Assembly (NCBI GenBank): GCA_000092065.1
Contig: CP000596.1
Direction: 5' to 3' (one strand)
Source of the DNA: Ostreococcus lucimarinus
Taxonomy: Eukaryota
DNA: 64,000 nucleotides
In this document: positions 17,000 to 27,680 of the stretch, in pieces
Layout: every line of letters begins with the position of its first letter
How positions within the stretch are numbered: the stretch's first letter is position 1
Translations under genes and position numbers: made by a program
The notes under the pieces: model-generated
What the model saw: only the letters and a program-made list of their open reading frames with translations
The model's database searches: none
Told to the model about the DNA's origin: nothing

Positions 17000-17837
17000 C
17001 TACACGATGGCTAATGAATTAGAGTGCACGAAACGCACGGCGTAAAAGATCCACGCCAACGGACCGACGATCCACACGAGGTTGGCGGCGAAGACGACGA
17101 CTTTGCTCGTCGCGGACGCGCCGACGTCGTAGCGATTGTAGCAATAGTTGCAATAGTACATCACGGTGCCGTAAAACATTTGATAATTCATCACGATGGC
17201 GACGATGCCGACCGAGCGCGGGGTGAAAGACGCGATCATGGGGACCTCGGGCCAGGACGTGACGGCGATGGAGAGCGCGACGGTGGGGACGAGCATGGTG
17301 AAGCCGTTGCCGACGTCTATCCAAAAGCTCCACGACGTGTGCTGGACGTACGACGGATCGAGACTGGCGTACTGCGCGAACACGATCGACCAGTGCTTCA
17401 GCGACAGCGCTTGCGCGAGCGTAATATCTTCAAATAAACATAACGGTCTCGGGAGCACCTGCGCGCGCGTTCGTCATCGCGCGTCGTCAGTCCGTTCGTC
17501 GTCATTCGTCCCGTTCAAACGTCGCCGTCCCGCGCGCGTCCTCCGCGTCTGCGCGTCCGTTCGCCTCGCCATCGCGCACCCTGTTCCCGAACTTTTTCAG
17601 GTACCCGCGGTGTAGCTTTTGCACGTTCGCGCGGTGCGTCCAGAGCGCGATCTCCCACACGCATATCAGCGCGTTCACGGCGTTGAACAGTAACAACAGC
17701 GCCAGCTTCGGGTTCGCCTCGCGCGCGAGCGCCTCGACGACGCTCGCGCTCGGCGGCGCGCGCGATCGCGCGTCGGCGCACACGAACGGGAGCCAGAGCG
17801 TCGCGACGAAGCCGCAGACGTAGACCGCGGCGAGCAT
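17000..17837 (-). CDS. EBP/EXPERA-family (sterol isomerase-like) multi-pass membrane protein in two exons: 17837..17580 and 17458..17000
   Basis: Exon 1 ends AAC AGG|GTGCGC. The 121-nt intron has a CTGAC branch and ends CGCGCAG|. Exon 2 starts exactly at the track ORF's GTG codon (17458). The junction is phase 0. The conserved acidic residue in ICVWEIALW and the segment WSIVFAQYASLDPSY resemble EBP motifs. Confidence 0.55.
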
Positions 17838-18074
17838 CGCGCGCGGACGCGAACCGTCGCGCGCGCGAGAGTGCGGACGGACGCTCGAGTCGAGCCGACG
17901 CGCGGCGACGGGACAGCGCGACGCGGCCGCGGACGGGACGTCCGACGGAGGCGCGCGACGCGCGAACGCGCGGTGAGAATATTTTAGCGACTCGACTCGG
18001 ACGGGACGACGCGCTCGGCGCGCGCGACGCGACGGACGCGGGCGACGAGGCGCTCGGGAAGACGAGCGGACACA

Positions 18075-19163
18075 ATGGCGTTTTCGCCGACGGCGCGCGC
18101 GACGCCGGATGGGTTGGACCTGGTGCTGTTCGACGTCGACGACGACGACGGTGGGTTTGATTTTAGCGACCACGGCGAGACGGGGACGGACGACGTGCCG
18201 TTCGACGCCGACGCGTGGGACGACGTGCTGAATGCGTTCGACGCGTATCGCGAAGACGCGAGCGCGTTCGACGTCGACGCGTTCGGATGCGCGGCTTGGC
18301 CGGACTTGGACGGTGAAGCGAAGGACGACGATGATTTCGATGGTTACGATGCGTCGCGGCGAAACGCGGCCAAGGCGGTGCGCGAACACGTCGCGAGCGC
18401 GCTGAGAGACGCGCTGAGCGCCTGCGAGAGCGAATTGAGCTGGGCGAGCGACGAGGGCGAATGGGAGACGAAGAGACGCGAAGCGGAGGATGCGGCAAAG
18501 GCGATCAAGTACGTGCGATCGCGCGTGTACGCGCGATTGCGTGCGCTGGGAGCGTCGACCGACACCGCGACGACGAATCGTTTGAAGATGTTGCGCGACA
18601 TGTTCGTCGCAGAGCTTCGAACGTTCGCCGCGCGCGCCGACGCGCTCGAGCGCCGCGCGGCGGAGACGCTCGTCTCGAAGAACTTATGCTTGAATCTGCC
18701 CGATCCGAAGTTGATGTTGAAGAAGAAGTTCAATACCACACTCACGAGTGTGCTTGATTCGTTCGACGCGGCCTTCGAACACGTCGTGGCCAAGGCCAAG
18801 ACGCCCTCGACCAAGGCGCGCGCCGCCGCATCTCGACAATCTGAACAAAATTCGGGTAACTCAAACGCCGTGGAGCAGCAAACCGCACAGGGAAGACACG
18901 AGACGCACGCGAAGAAGATCTTGTCCGCGTGGCTCTGGGATCATTTCTACCCGACGGACGAGCGCTTGAAACCGATTCCGACGCGCGCGGAAAAAGAAGA
19001 TCTCGCGCGCCAGACGGGATTGACGACGACGCAAGTGGGCGACTGGTTCGTCAACGCTCGCGCACGTTTATGGAAACCTTACATCGAAGGCTTAATTCGC
19101 GGCGTGTATAACGACGCCACGGTGAAGAAAGCGCTCGACTTGCAAGCCGAGGCGGCGGCGTAA
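18075..19163 (+). CDS. TALE-class homeodomain protein (KNOX/BELL-like)
   Basis: The C-terminal LSAWLWDHFYPTDERLKPIPTRAEKEDLARQTGLTTTQVGDWFVNARARLWKP is a three-residue-loop-extension homeodomain. ATG at 18075. Confidence 0.8.
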   Translation: MAFSPTARATPDGLDLVLFDVDDDDGGFDFSDHGETGTDDVPFDADAWDDVLNAFDAYREDASAFDVDAFGCAAWPDLDGEAKDDDDFDGYDASRRNAAKAVREHVASALRDALSACESELSWASDEGEWETKRREAEDAAKAIKYVRSRVYARLRALGASTDTATTNRLKMLRDMFVAELRTFAARADALERRAAETLVSKNLCLNLPDPKLMLKKKFNTTLTSVLDSFDAAFEHVVAKAKTPSTKARAAASRQSEQNSGNSNAVEQQTAQGRHETHAKKILSAWLWDHFYPTDERLKPIPTRAEKEDLARQTGLTTTQVGDWFVNARARLWKPYIEGLIRGVYNDATVKKALDLQAEAAA

Positions 19164-19275
19164 AGCGTTCGCGTCGACGGCGAAGAGTCGCTCAAATATA
19201 ATCACAAAATAATCAACCGCACCGCGCGCGCGGTTCCTCTAGTCGGCGCGCATCGAGTCATGCGGGCCGTCGTAT

Positions 19276-19848
19276 TTAAATGACGAGCGCTTCGTCCGTG
19301 GCGTCTTGCATCTGCGCGTCCCGTTCGGCTTGATACTCCAAGAACTCTTCGCTCGGCTTTGGGTGCTTTTGTCCCTCCTCGCTGTCGTAAAAGTCCTTCA
19401 CCTTGGGAATGTGTTCGGGAACGATCACCTGCCCGACGTAATTCGGATCCGCGCCGTGCTGCTTCAACTTTTCCATCATCTCTTCGTCTTGAATGTTCTC
19501 CGCCCACTGATACGCGGTATCCCCGGCGTTATTGCTCGCGTTCACCTTGGCGCCGAGCTCGACCAACGCGTCCACGCCCTCGCACCACCCCTCGTACGCC
19601 GCGCACATGATCGGCGTCGATCCCGCGCCGTCCACCTCATTCACGTCGACCCCTTCCGCGATCAATCGTCTCACCAGCGTCTCATCGCGATTGAACACCG
19701 CTCGATGAATCTTCATCTCTCCCACCGTGCCTCGCCCTCGCATCGACCCACCGCCGTCCGCCTTCACGCCCACGCACCCGTACCGCTCCGGAAACGGTCC
19801 CTTGACCCGCTTGTACCACGGGTCGATCTCCGTCTCGTTCCCGCTCAT
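19276..19848 (-). CDS. Ankyrin-repeat protein
   Basis: 190 aa. Repeated G-TPLH/AA ankyrin consensus (GAGSTPIMCAAYEGWCEGVDALVELGAKVN). ATG at 19848. Confidence 0.75.
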   Translation of the reverse strand: MSGNETEIDPWYKRVKGPFPERYGCVGVKADGGGSMRGRGTVGEMKIHRAVFNRDETLVRRLIAEGVDVNEVDGAGSTPIMCAAYEGWCEGVDALVELGAKVNASNNAGDTAYQWAENIQDEEMMEKLKQHGADPNYVGQVIVPEHIPKVKDFYDSEEGQKHPKPSEEFLEYQAERDAQMQDATDEALVI

Positions 19849-20111
19849 CCCGCGTCGCGTCCCGCGTCGTCGCGCGTCGTCGTGTGCCGACGCGCGCGCG
19901 CACCGCTCGAGCGTTACGCTCGAAAACGCCTCGAAAACGCCTCGGCGTCCGCCGGCGCCGCGGTCGCCGCGCGCGATCGCGCGTTCGCGCGCGCGCGTCG
20001 CGCGACGCCTCGCGCGCGTCGTCCGCGCCGTCCCGCCGCGCGAGCGCGCGTCGAGCGCGCGCCGCGCGCGCGCGAACCGACACTCTGCGAATCAGCGATC
20101 GTTCGCGCGCC

Positions 20112-21407
20112 ATGGGCGTCGCCGCGAGCGCGCGCGCGTCGCGTCCGAGCGACTTCGTCGACGCCGACGACGACGACGCGTGGCGTCGCGCCGACGCGGG
20201 CGCGCGCGCGCGACGAGGGCGCCGCGAGACGAGCGCGGGGTCGTTCAGCGCGATCCCATCGGTGAGCTCGTTCGGCGGCGGATTGATGAACTACGAGCGG
20301 CAGGGCGCGCGCGTCACGCGACGGTCGCCGTCGAACGAGGGCGGTGACGTCGAGCAGGGACTGGCGGACTGGGGGCGGGACGACGCGTCGATCTCGCCCG
20401 GCGCGACGAAGCGCGCGAGCGGGGCGACGCCGGCGCGGGTGTGGGGACGCGAATTGCGCCTGAGCGAGGGCGCGCTGCTGGCGACGCTGAGCGCGGGGGC
20501 GCTGTTCGCGTACGTCGCGTTCACGATGACGCAGGAGGGGGTGTTCAGGAGGGCGACGAAGGAGTTTAAATACGGCGGCGCGGTGTCGCTGTGCACGTGC
20601 CTGGTGTACTGCGCGCTGGCGCAGTGCGAACGCGTCAGTAACGGCGATCACGGCGCGCGAAGGGGGAATTTGAAAGATTACGCGATGTTGAGCGTGATGA
20701 CGAGCGGATCGATGTATCTCACGAACGCGGCGTTGAGTTACATCAACTACACGACGAGAATAGTCGCCAAGTGTTCAAAGGTGATACCGGTGATGATCGT
20801 GGGGACGTTTATGCACGGTAGACGGTATGGATCGGAGGATTACGCCATGTGCGTGTTACTCGTGATTGGGATCACGATGTTCACCATGGGTGATGTGGAT
20901 TCGTTTCCGAATTTTAATTATCGCGGGGTGACGTACATCACCATCGCGCTGTTCACGGAGAGCACGGCGGGGAATTTTGAGGAACGACGCTTCTTCAACA
21001 TTCCTCAACCAATCTCGCACTGCGAGGTGGTGTTTTACGTCAACGCTATCGGAAGCGCGTGGATCGCGCTCGGTTTGTTCGCCTCGGGCGAGCTCTTCAC
21101 CGCCGTCGCGCACTTGCTCGGCGAACCCGACGTGCTCGCGGCGATTTGCGTCGCCGCCGCCTTCGGATACATCTCCGTCACGTGCATCTTGCTCTGTCTC
21201 CGTCACTACGGCGCCACGAACACCGAGGTGATCAAAGCCGTGCGTAAGATGCTATCTTTGGCGTTATCACTCGTGGTGTACCCGAAACCGATGGGGTGGA
21301 AGTACGTCGTCGGCACCGGCGCCACCGCGACGGCTCTGTTCGGCCTGTACAAAATCAAAATGCGACGCCTTCGTCTCGCCGGCGGCTCCATGGAGGCCGC
21401 CAAATAG
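20112..21407 (+). CDS. Nucleotide-sugar transporter of the UAA / SLC35B-like family
   Basis: About 10 TM segments. Motifs LTNAALSYINYTTRIVAKCSKVIPVMIVG. The track ORF starts at a GTG (19884). The first ATG is at 20112. Confidence 0.7.
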   Translation: MGVAASARASRPSDFVDADDDDAWRRADAGARARRGRRETSAGSFSAIPSVSSFGGGLMNYERQGARVTRRSPSNEGGDVEQGLADWGRDDASISPGATKRASGATPARVWGRELRLSEGALLATLSAGALFAYVAFTMTQEGVFRRATKEFKYGGAVSLCTCLVYCALAQCERVSNGDHGARRGNLKDYAMLSVMTSGSMYLTNAALSYINYTTRIVAKCSKVIPVMIVGTFMHGRRYGSEDYAMCVLLVIGITMFTMGDVDSFPNFNYRGVTYITIALFTESTAGNFEERRFFNIPQPISHCEVVFYVNAIGSAWIALGLFASGELFTAVAHLLGEPDVLAAICVAAAFGYISVTCILLCLRHYGATNTEVIKAVRKMLSLALSLVVYPKPMGWKYVVGTGATATALFGLYKIKMRRLRLAGGSMEAAK

Positions 21408-21583
21408 TTCCATTTCTCTGTAGTTCTATTCTTTTCGACCTCGTTCGTCCCGACGGCGCGCGTCATCGATCGACCGAGCGACGTCCTTCGCGTCCCGGAC
21501 CAACCGTCTCGCCGCGTCCCGCGTCCCCGACCTCACTCGTCGTCGCGGCGTCGCCGCGCGCGCACCGCCGCGCGCCGCGCGCC

Positions 21584-22252
21584 ATGGGTCCCGCGCGCGT
21601 GCACCGCGTGTTCCGCGACGCGCGGCAGACGAATCAGCGCGACGCGGCGGAGTTGATTTCGATTCAACCGCTCGACTACGAGCAGTGGCTCGCCGCGTGG
21701 AGCGGAAACGAGGGCGAGGATCCGTTTTCGAGCGGTGCCGCGACGGCGGCGACGGCGGAAGAGCTCGCGCGCGTCGTGGTGCGCGCGCGCGAGGGCGGGG
21801 AGAGCGCGGACGCGTGCGCGATATGCTTGACGGCGATGCGGGACGGCGACGAGGAGTCGCGCATGCCTTGCGGACACGGATTTCATCCGCGGTGCGTCGA
21901 GAAATGGCTCGCGCGGTCGAAGTGCTGCCCGCAGTGTCGACGGTCGTTGGCGGACGCGGAGAGCGCGCGCGGTGAGGCGAGGGCGAGTGGGAGGGACATA
22001 CCCGAGGACGCGGCGCCGACGCCGGCGAATATACCGTGGTCGGCGACGAGCGATCGAGAGTCGAACGAAACGACGGAAATCGAGCGGCGGGAGCGGTATG
22101 CATCGACGCTACCTGTGCTTCATGAGCTGAGGAGGGAGTTTGAGTTAGTGTTGAGGCGAAACGTCGTAGATAGTGAGGTTCCAGAGCGCGGGGCGTCGCG
22201 CGTCAAGGAGGCGCTGCGAGGGCTGCTGACGAACGAGACGCCGCAGCCGTGA
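21584..22252 (+). CDS. RING-H2 zinc-finger protein (E3 ligase-like)
   Basis: CAICLTAMRDGDEESRMPCGHGFHPRCVEKWLARSKCCPQCR. The first non-overlapping ATG is at 21584. Confidence 0.7.
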   Translation: MGPARVHRVFRDARQTNQRDAAELISIQPLDYEQWLAAWSGNEGEDPFSSGAATAATAEELARVVVRAREGGESADACAICLTAMRDGDEESRMPCGHGFHPRCVEKWLARSKCCPQCRRSLADAESARGEARASGRDIPEDAAPTPANIPWSATSDRESNETTEIERRERYASTLPVLHELRREFELVLRRNVVDSEVPERGASRVKEALRGLLTNETPQP

Positions 22253-22312
22253 GGGCGTGTGAACTGCGCTGTATATCAATGTAAATTAAGTTTGAGGAGT
22301 GTTATGTACAAT

Positions 22313-24241
22313 CTATCGACGGCTTCGTCGCGTCGTCGGTGCTTTGTGTGTGCCCTCGACTTCGACGGGCGCAGGCGTCGTCGCTTCCACGAGCGCGTCG
22401 AGGTCCACGTCGTCGATATCCATCTTGTCGACGGCTTCTTGCGCGTTGGCGGCATCCGACGGCGGCGCTTCGAGCAAAGCTGCCAAAAATATATCCTCGT
22501 CCGCGCTCGACTTCTTAATGTCTAACGAACCCCAGCCGAGGAACGAGAAGACTTCGGTGCACGAGCACGCGTCGGCGCGAGTCTTGCGTTTCTTCCGCGT
22601 GGGCGACATCGCACCGTCTAAATCCTGTAAGACTTCATTCAAACGGAACGATCGCGCACCACCTTGACTGGTGAAAATTTTGCTTTGTGAGCTGTGAGAA
22701 TCTTGACTCGTCGCGGGCGAATGCGCCTCTTGAAGGTCGTGAACGATTTCTTTCGCCGCTTCATGAAAATCCTCGGGCATGGATTTGTCATTCAGAGAAT
22801 TTTGTTTCGGCGTCGTTGCGAACCGCGGGGTCTCCTCGAACTCCATCGCCGTCCCTTCTTGAACTTTGTCCAACTCTTCGAGCTGTTCGACGTCCACCAT
22901 CGCCGGTTTAGCGTCTAAAGCCGTGCGCCGCGACATGACGACTTTGTGACGAACCTGGAACTCGGCGCCGAGGCGTCCGGCGATGCGGAAACTTTGCTCG
23001 GCGGTGTCCCACTCTTGGCGCGAGCACGCGACTTCGGCGATGCGCAGAAATCCCGCGGCAAATTCTCGAAGTTTCGAATCTCGCATGAGCTTGCGAACGT
23101 TCTTCCAAGCCTTAGTGCTCTGATCGTTACGAAGTTGACAAAGCACTCGGTTCGTCGCGAGGATGGGCTCGAGCGCGTCGAGCGCGTCCGAGACTTCGTC
23201 TTCGGCCGAGTTCGCGATGACGTTCAGGCCGCACGAATACAGCTCCGATGCACCGCCGAAATGACCGACCCAAGAGAACACGTTCCCGATGGTCAAGCAC
23301 ACGCACGATCGATCGTACGCGCTCAAATTGTCAAATCCGGCGAGGAGAAAGGCGTTGTCGAGCCAAGTAACCTTGGACTGGTCGACCTGCTTCTCATCAG
23401 CGCCCGCATCAGCCTCGGGCGAGGTGCTGGCTTTTTGTGATTCCATGTTTTTCATCACGAAAATGGTCTTCGCGCGCTCGAGGAATAATATGCGATCGCG
23501 GTACATGCGCTCGTCGTCGCGCCCGGCGAAAAGCACGCCCGAGCCGTACAGCATCGACTGACGCGCTCGCACCCAATCCTCCTCTTCTATGCACTTCGAC
23601 GCGCTCGGTCGAGCGGTGACCGCGGTCAACTCATCCGCCGAGTCCCCTTCGAAATCTTCGCTTCGAATCGAACCGTTCATTTGCTTCCCCTTGAGCGTCT
23701 CCGCCGTCTTCGCGTACTCCTCCGCCAAATCGCCCGCCGCTTCCGTCTCCTTCAAGACGATTCCCATGCGTTCGTGCATCTTCGCCCCATCCGGCGCGCA
23801 ATCCAACGCCGCTTCCGCATCTCTCAACGCCTCGCACCACCGTCCCGATCGAAGCCGCGCCACCGCCCGTCCACTCAGCGCCGTCCCCGCGCACGCTCGA
23901 TACGCCACCACCGCGCACTCCCCTCGCTTCGCCGTCGTCCCTCCCTCCAGCATCCCGCACGCGTTCGCCACCAGCGCCGACACCTCCGCGCGCCCGTTCA
24001 TCCACGCTTTCACGCATTTCTTCAGGCACTCGTCGTACGCCGTCACCGCGCGATCGTGGTCCCCCTCGCCCAGCGCGCGCTCGCCCCTCGCCAGCGCGTC
24101 CAGCGCGTCCAGCAGCGTCCCCTCCCGCGCGCTCGCGCTCGCCGTCGCCCCGCTCCCGTCGCGCTCGATCCTGGCCGCCAGTTCCACCAGATCGACGTTC
24201 AGCGCGCGCGCGCGCTCGAGCGCGCGCTCCAGCGCCGACAT
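22313..24241 (-). CDS. Hypothetical TPR/helical-repeat protein
   Basis: 642 aa, ATG at 24241. Helical-repeat-like composition. No specific family recognised. Confidence 0.55.
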   Translation of the reverse strand: MSALERALERARALNVDLVELAARIERDGSGATASASAREGTLLDALDALARGERALGEGDHDRAVTAYDECLKKCVKAWMNGRAEVSALVANACGMLEGGTTAKRGECAVVAYRACAGTALSGRAVARLRSGRWCEALRDAEAALDCAPDGAKMHERMGIVLKETEAAGDLAEEYAKTAETLKGKQMNGSIRSEDFEGDSADELTAVTARPSASKCIEEEDWVRARQSMLYGSGVLFAGRDDERMYRDRILFLERAKTIFVMKNMESQKASTSPEADAGADEKQVDQSKVTWLDNAFLLAGFDNLSAYDRSCVCLTIGNVFSWVGHFGGASELYSCGLNVIANSAEDEVSDALDALEPILATNRVLCQLRNDQSTKAWKNVRKLMRDSKLREFAAGFLRIAEVACSRQEWDTAEQSFRIAGRLGAEFQVRHKVVMSRRTALDAKPAMVDVEQLEELDKVQEGTAMEFEETPRFATTPKQNSLNDKSMPEDFHEAAKEIVHDLQEAHSPATSQDSHSSQSKIFTSQGGARSFRLNEVLQDLDGAMSPTRKKRKTRADACSCTEVFSFLGWGSLDIKKSSADEDIFLAALLEAPPSDAANAQEAVDKMDIDDVDLDALVEATTPAPVEVEGTHKAPTTRRSRR

Positions 24242-24554
24242 CGCGGCGCGGCGTCGCCGATTGTTTCAGAATTTAATTTGATTGAAGAGTTCGCCTCGCG
24301 AATGAAACGCGCTTCGCTCGCGATGCGCGTCCCTGGCGCGTCGCGGACGCGCGTCGAGCGCTTTGAAGCGTCGCGCGCGCGCGTCGCGCGTCGTTCGAGG
24401 CGCGCGCGCGCGTCGCGCGTCGTTTTGGCGACGCGGCGACCGACCGCGATGGCGCGTTGCGCGCAGAAAAAATCTTTGTATGGGTAAACAGTGTGGACGT
24501 TAAAACCAGCGGGACATCCCTCGCGCGCGGCCGCGCGCGCGACGGCAGACGGCG

Positions 24555-25238
24555 ATGCGCGACGTCGAGCGCGCGCCGACGCGCGCGACGCCGCCGTCGT
24601 CGCCCGCGCGGCGCGCGACGGCGCGGAAGAGCGACGGCGGCGACGGCGCGCGGTCGTCGAACGACGCGCTCGAGCGCGAGAAAGGTCGCGAGTGGGACGA
24701 CGCGCGCGACGACGCGAGCGACGACGACGACGACGCGCGCGACGCGTACGTGATGCCGCCGTCGATCTGTCGACCGCTGGTGTACACGAGCTGGTTTCCG
24801 CTGGCGCCGGCGTGCGCGGCGATGGCGCGCGCGCCGCGGGACGCGCGCGCGCGGGGACTGGCGGCGCTGAGCGCGGCGCTGATCGTGAGCAGTTTCGGAC
24901 ACTGGCGGGCGCCGAAGTGGGACAGCCCGAGGCGGTACTTCGATCTGTTCGTCGTGTGGGCGTCGGTGGGGTACGGGTGCTGGTTGGCGACGACGATGGA
25001 GTGGGCGTACGCGCGCGGGTGGTGGTGCGGCATGCCGTTGGTGGGCGCGGCGTTCGTGGCGAACGAGACGGCGTTTCATCGAGAGTTGCGCGCGTGGAAG
25101 ACGTGTGGGGGGGCGACGAGGGCGCATCGGTGGTTTATTTATCGTCGGACGACGTGGACGCATCTCGTCGGCGTGCACGCGGGGAGCTCGACGGCGGCGA
25201 CGTGGCTCGCGTTGGGCGTCGCCGGCAGTCGCGGTTAG
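24555..25238 (+). CDS. Hypothetical Trp-rich membrane protein
   Basis: 227 aa ATG-initiated. Hydrophobic W-rich segments. The opposite-strand ORF is Arg-rich low complexity. Confidence 0.4.
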   Translation: MRDVERAPTRATPPSSPARRATARKSDGGDGARSSNDALEREKGREWDDARDDASDDDDDARDAYVMPPSICRPLVYTSWFPLAPACAAMARAPRDARARGLAALSAALIVSSFGHWRAPKWDSPRRYFDLFVVWASVGYGCWLATTMEWAYARGWWCGMPLVGAAFVANETAFHRELRAWKTCGGATRAHRWFIYRRTTWTHLVGVHAGSSTAATWLALGVAGSRG

Positions 25239-25283
25239 TTTTATTCGTAGCGCATCAAGTCATCTAAATAGTAAATAGCACAT

Positions 25284-27494
25284 CTATGGTTTGTCGCTGC
25301 TGAATCGAGGCTCGTTGGCGACGCCAGAGGCGACGTCGGGGTCGTTCGCCGCCGCTTCGTAGTAACTATTCGGCAAGCCGAGCCAATACTTCCACATTTC
25401 TAATCCGCGGTTCCACTCCACGGGAGTTTCTTGCACCGGGCACGGATCATCATCGCTCGCCAAGTCGAACTCTGTCGATGTCGAAAGGACACCGTCGGTT
25501 GTGATGGCGCTCTCGGCGGCGCGACGCCTCAGCTCGCGACTTTTCGTCGCCCGGCGACGCGGGTTGACTCGCCCGGCGACGCCTTCGGATTTCGCCTCGA
25601 CGGCAGCCTTGAGAACAAATCGCAGTGTTCGTGATTCTTTCGCCGACGCTCCTCCCGCTGCTTGTAAATCCGCGATGACGCACTCGGCAATGTCCGACAT
25701 TCCGTGCAAACCGCAACCGTAGATGAGCGACTTTCGCATGCGAGCGTCCGGCGCCAGTCCAGCCGACTTTACGCACAAATTGTACACCTTAAAAGCCTCG
25801 CCCACGTTCCCTAGGCGAATGTACCCTTCTAATATCGAGCCGTACGTGGATACGTTGGGCGTGATGTTCTTCGCCTTCATGCCTTCGAGCGTCTCGACGG
25901 CGCGGCACATGTCGCCTTGACGCGCGTAGGCGTTGATTAAGCAATTGTACACGCCGACGTCCTCGACGACTTGTGGATCGGTTTCCAATTCGGCGATCAC
26001 CCATTGCGTCGCCGAGTCGTCCCCGACTTGCACGAAATACTTCAGCAGCGTCGTGTACGTCACGACATCGGGCTTCAAACCAGATTCTGATATCTCGCGC
26101 AAAATGTTCCACGCCTCGGCGGGAGCGCGAGCATTGATGCACGCGTCAATCAACGTGTTGTACGTCACCAAATCCGGTGGCACGCCGTCGTCTCGCATCC
26201 TATCAAACATCTCACGCGCACGTCGGAGAACTTCATCCGTGCGATCCGCCTTGCCGATGCCGCGCACGACGCCCTTGAGCAAGGAATTGTACGTCACGAC
26301 GCTCGGCTTGATTTTTGCGCGGCGCATCTCCGCCAGCGCCGTCTCGGCGAGCCCAATTTGCGCGCTTTTCGCCAAGCCGTCGATGAGTGTGGAATATGTG
26401 TACACGTTCGGCTTGACGCCGTCTCGAGCCATCCGACGAAGGAGCTCGTCCGCCTCGACCACTCGTCCCGAGTGCGCCAATCCTTGCACGAGCGCCGTGT
26501 ACGCCTGCACCCCGGGCCGACGTTCGACGCGCGGAGAGAATCGTACGCCCTGCTCAAGCGTATCCATGGCTAAATCTAATCTATCGCAGCTCACGTAGGC
26601 GTTCACTTTCGCCCCCCACGTCGCTTGATTCGGCGTCACGCCGAGCGTACGCATCGCCATCGAGCTCGCCTCGACGCCTCGTAAATTCTTCTCTCGCCCG
26701 TACCCGGTGATCAGCGTGTTAAACAATCTCGGTCCCGCCCTGACGCCTTCTGCAGTCATCTCCCTCAGCACGCGTTCCGCCTCCTCCACGCGCCCTTCGC
26801 TGACGTACGCCCCCACGCCCGCCGCGAACGCCGCTCCGTCCAACCGCAGCGGCGTCGCCCGCAACATCAACCACACCTCCACCGGACTCGGCGTCGCTCG
26901 CGCCTTCCCACTCGCTCTCGCATTCGCCGCACACCGACTCAACGCCGCGATCACATCCGTGTACGTTCGCAGCGTCGCGTGTTCATCGCTCGTCGCTCCC
27001 GGACCCTTCTTCGCAATCGCGTAAAACGCTCGCGTCGTCGCCAGCGTCACCGACGCATCGTCCCTCACCCCGCATCCCAGCCGCGCCACTCTTTCGAACG
27101 TTTTAGCTCTCACGCACGTTTTACACTTCGCCTTCGCGCACGCCTGCTCGACTTCGCGTATCAGCGCGCACGCCTTTTTCGCGCGCCGCGCCGCGTCCCG
27201 CTCGCTCGTCCCCGCGCCGTCGTCCCGCGTCAGCGCTTCGAGCGCGCCTTCGATCGCGCGCGCGTCGAGCGCGTCGAATCCATCGCGCGCGCCGTTTCGC
27301 ACCGCTTGGACGGACGCGAGCGCGCTCGCGAGCGCGCGCGCGGTGGTTTCGTCGTCCGGCGGCGGCGTGACGTCGCGCGTTTTCGCGCGCGCCGAGCGCG
27401 CCGCGCGGCCGCTCGTCGACGGCGCGCACCGCGCCGCTCGCGAGAGCGACGGCCGCGATGGCGCGCGCGCGCCGAGCGCGAGCGCGAGCGCCAT
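25284..27494 (-). CDS. Pentatricopeptide repeat (PPR) protein, organelle-targeted
   Basis: 736 aa. Many 35-aa repeats (VTYNTLIDAC..., VVTYTTLLKYF...). ATG at 27494. Confidence 0.85.
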   Translation of the reverse strand: MALALALGARAPSRPSLSRAARCAPSTSGRAARSARAKTRDVTPPPDDETTARALASALASVQAVRNGARDGFDALDARAIEGALEALTRDDGAGTSERDAARRAKKACALIREVEQACAKAKCKTCVRAKTFERVARLGCGVRDDASVTLATTRAFYAIAKKGPGATSDEHATLRTYTDVIAALSRCAANARASGKARATPSPVEVWLMLRATPLRLDGAAFAAGVGAYVSEGRVEEAERVLREMTAEGVRAGPRLFNTLITGYGREKNLRGVEASSMAMRTLGVTPNQATWGAKVNAYVSCDRLDLAMDTLEQGVRFSPRVERRPGVQAYTALVQGLAHSGRVVEADELLRRMARDGVKPNVYTYSTLIDGLAKSAQIGLAETALAEMRRAKIKPSVVTYNSLLKGVVRGIGKADRTDEVLRRAREMFDRMRDDGVPPDLVTYNTLIDACINARAPAEAWNILREISESGLKPDVVTYTTLLKYFVQVGDDSATQWVIAELETDPQVVEDVGVYNCLINAYARQGDMCRAVETLEGMKAKNITPNVSTYGSILEGYIRLGNVGEAFKVYNLCVKSAGLAPDARMRKSLIYGCGLHGMSDIAECVIADLQAAGGASAKESRTLRFVLKAAVEAKSEGVAGRVNPRRRATKSRELRRRAAESAITTDGVLSTSTEFDLASDDDPCPVQETPVEWNRGLEMWKYWLGLPNSYYEAAANDPDVASGVANEPRFSSDKP

Positions 27495-27680
27495 CGCCGC
27501 GGAGTGCGGTCGAACGACGGCGAATGGGCGATTGAGGAGTTGGATAGAGGCGGGACGACCGGGACGCGCGCGCGACGCGACGACGAAGCGCGGTCGACGA
27601 GGGCGAACGATCGAGACGGAAACGGAGAAAGAATGATGATTGAACGCGAGCGAAACGACGCTAAGGGCGGTCGGGCGCGG

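Noticed and set aside
24273-25178. 301-aa minus-strand Arg-rich ORF
   Set aside because: It is antisense to the Trp-rich membrane-protein ORF 24555..25238. Pure R/A/P composition.
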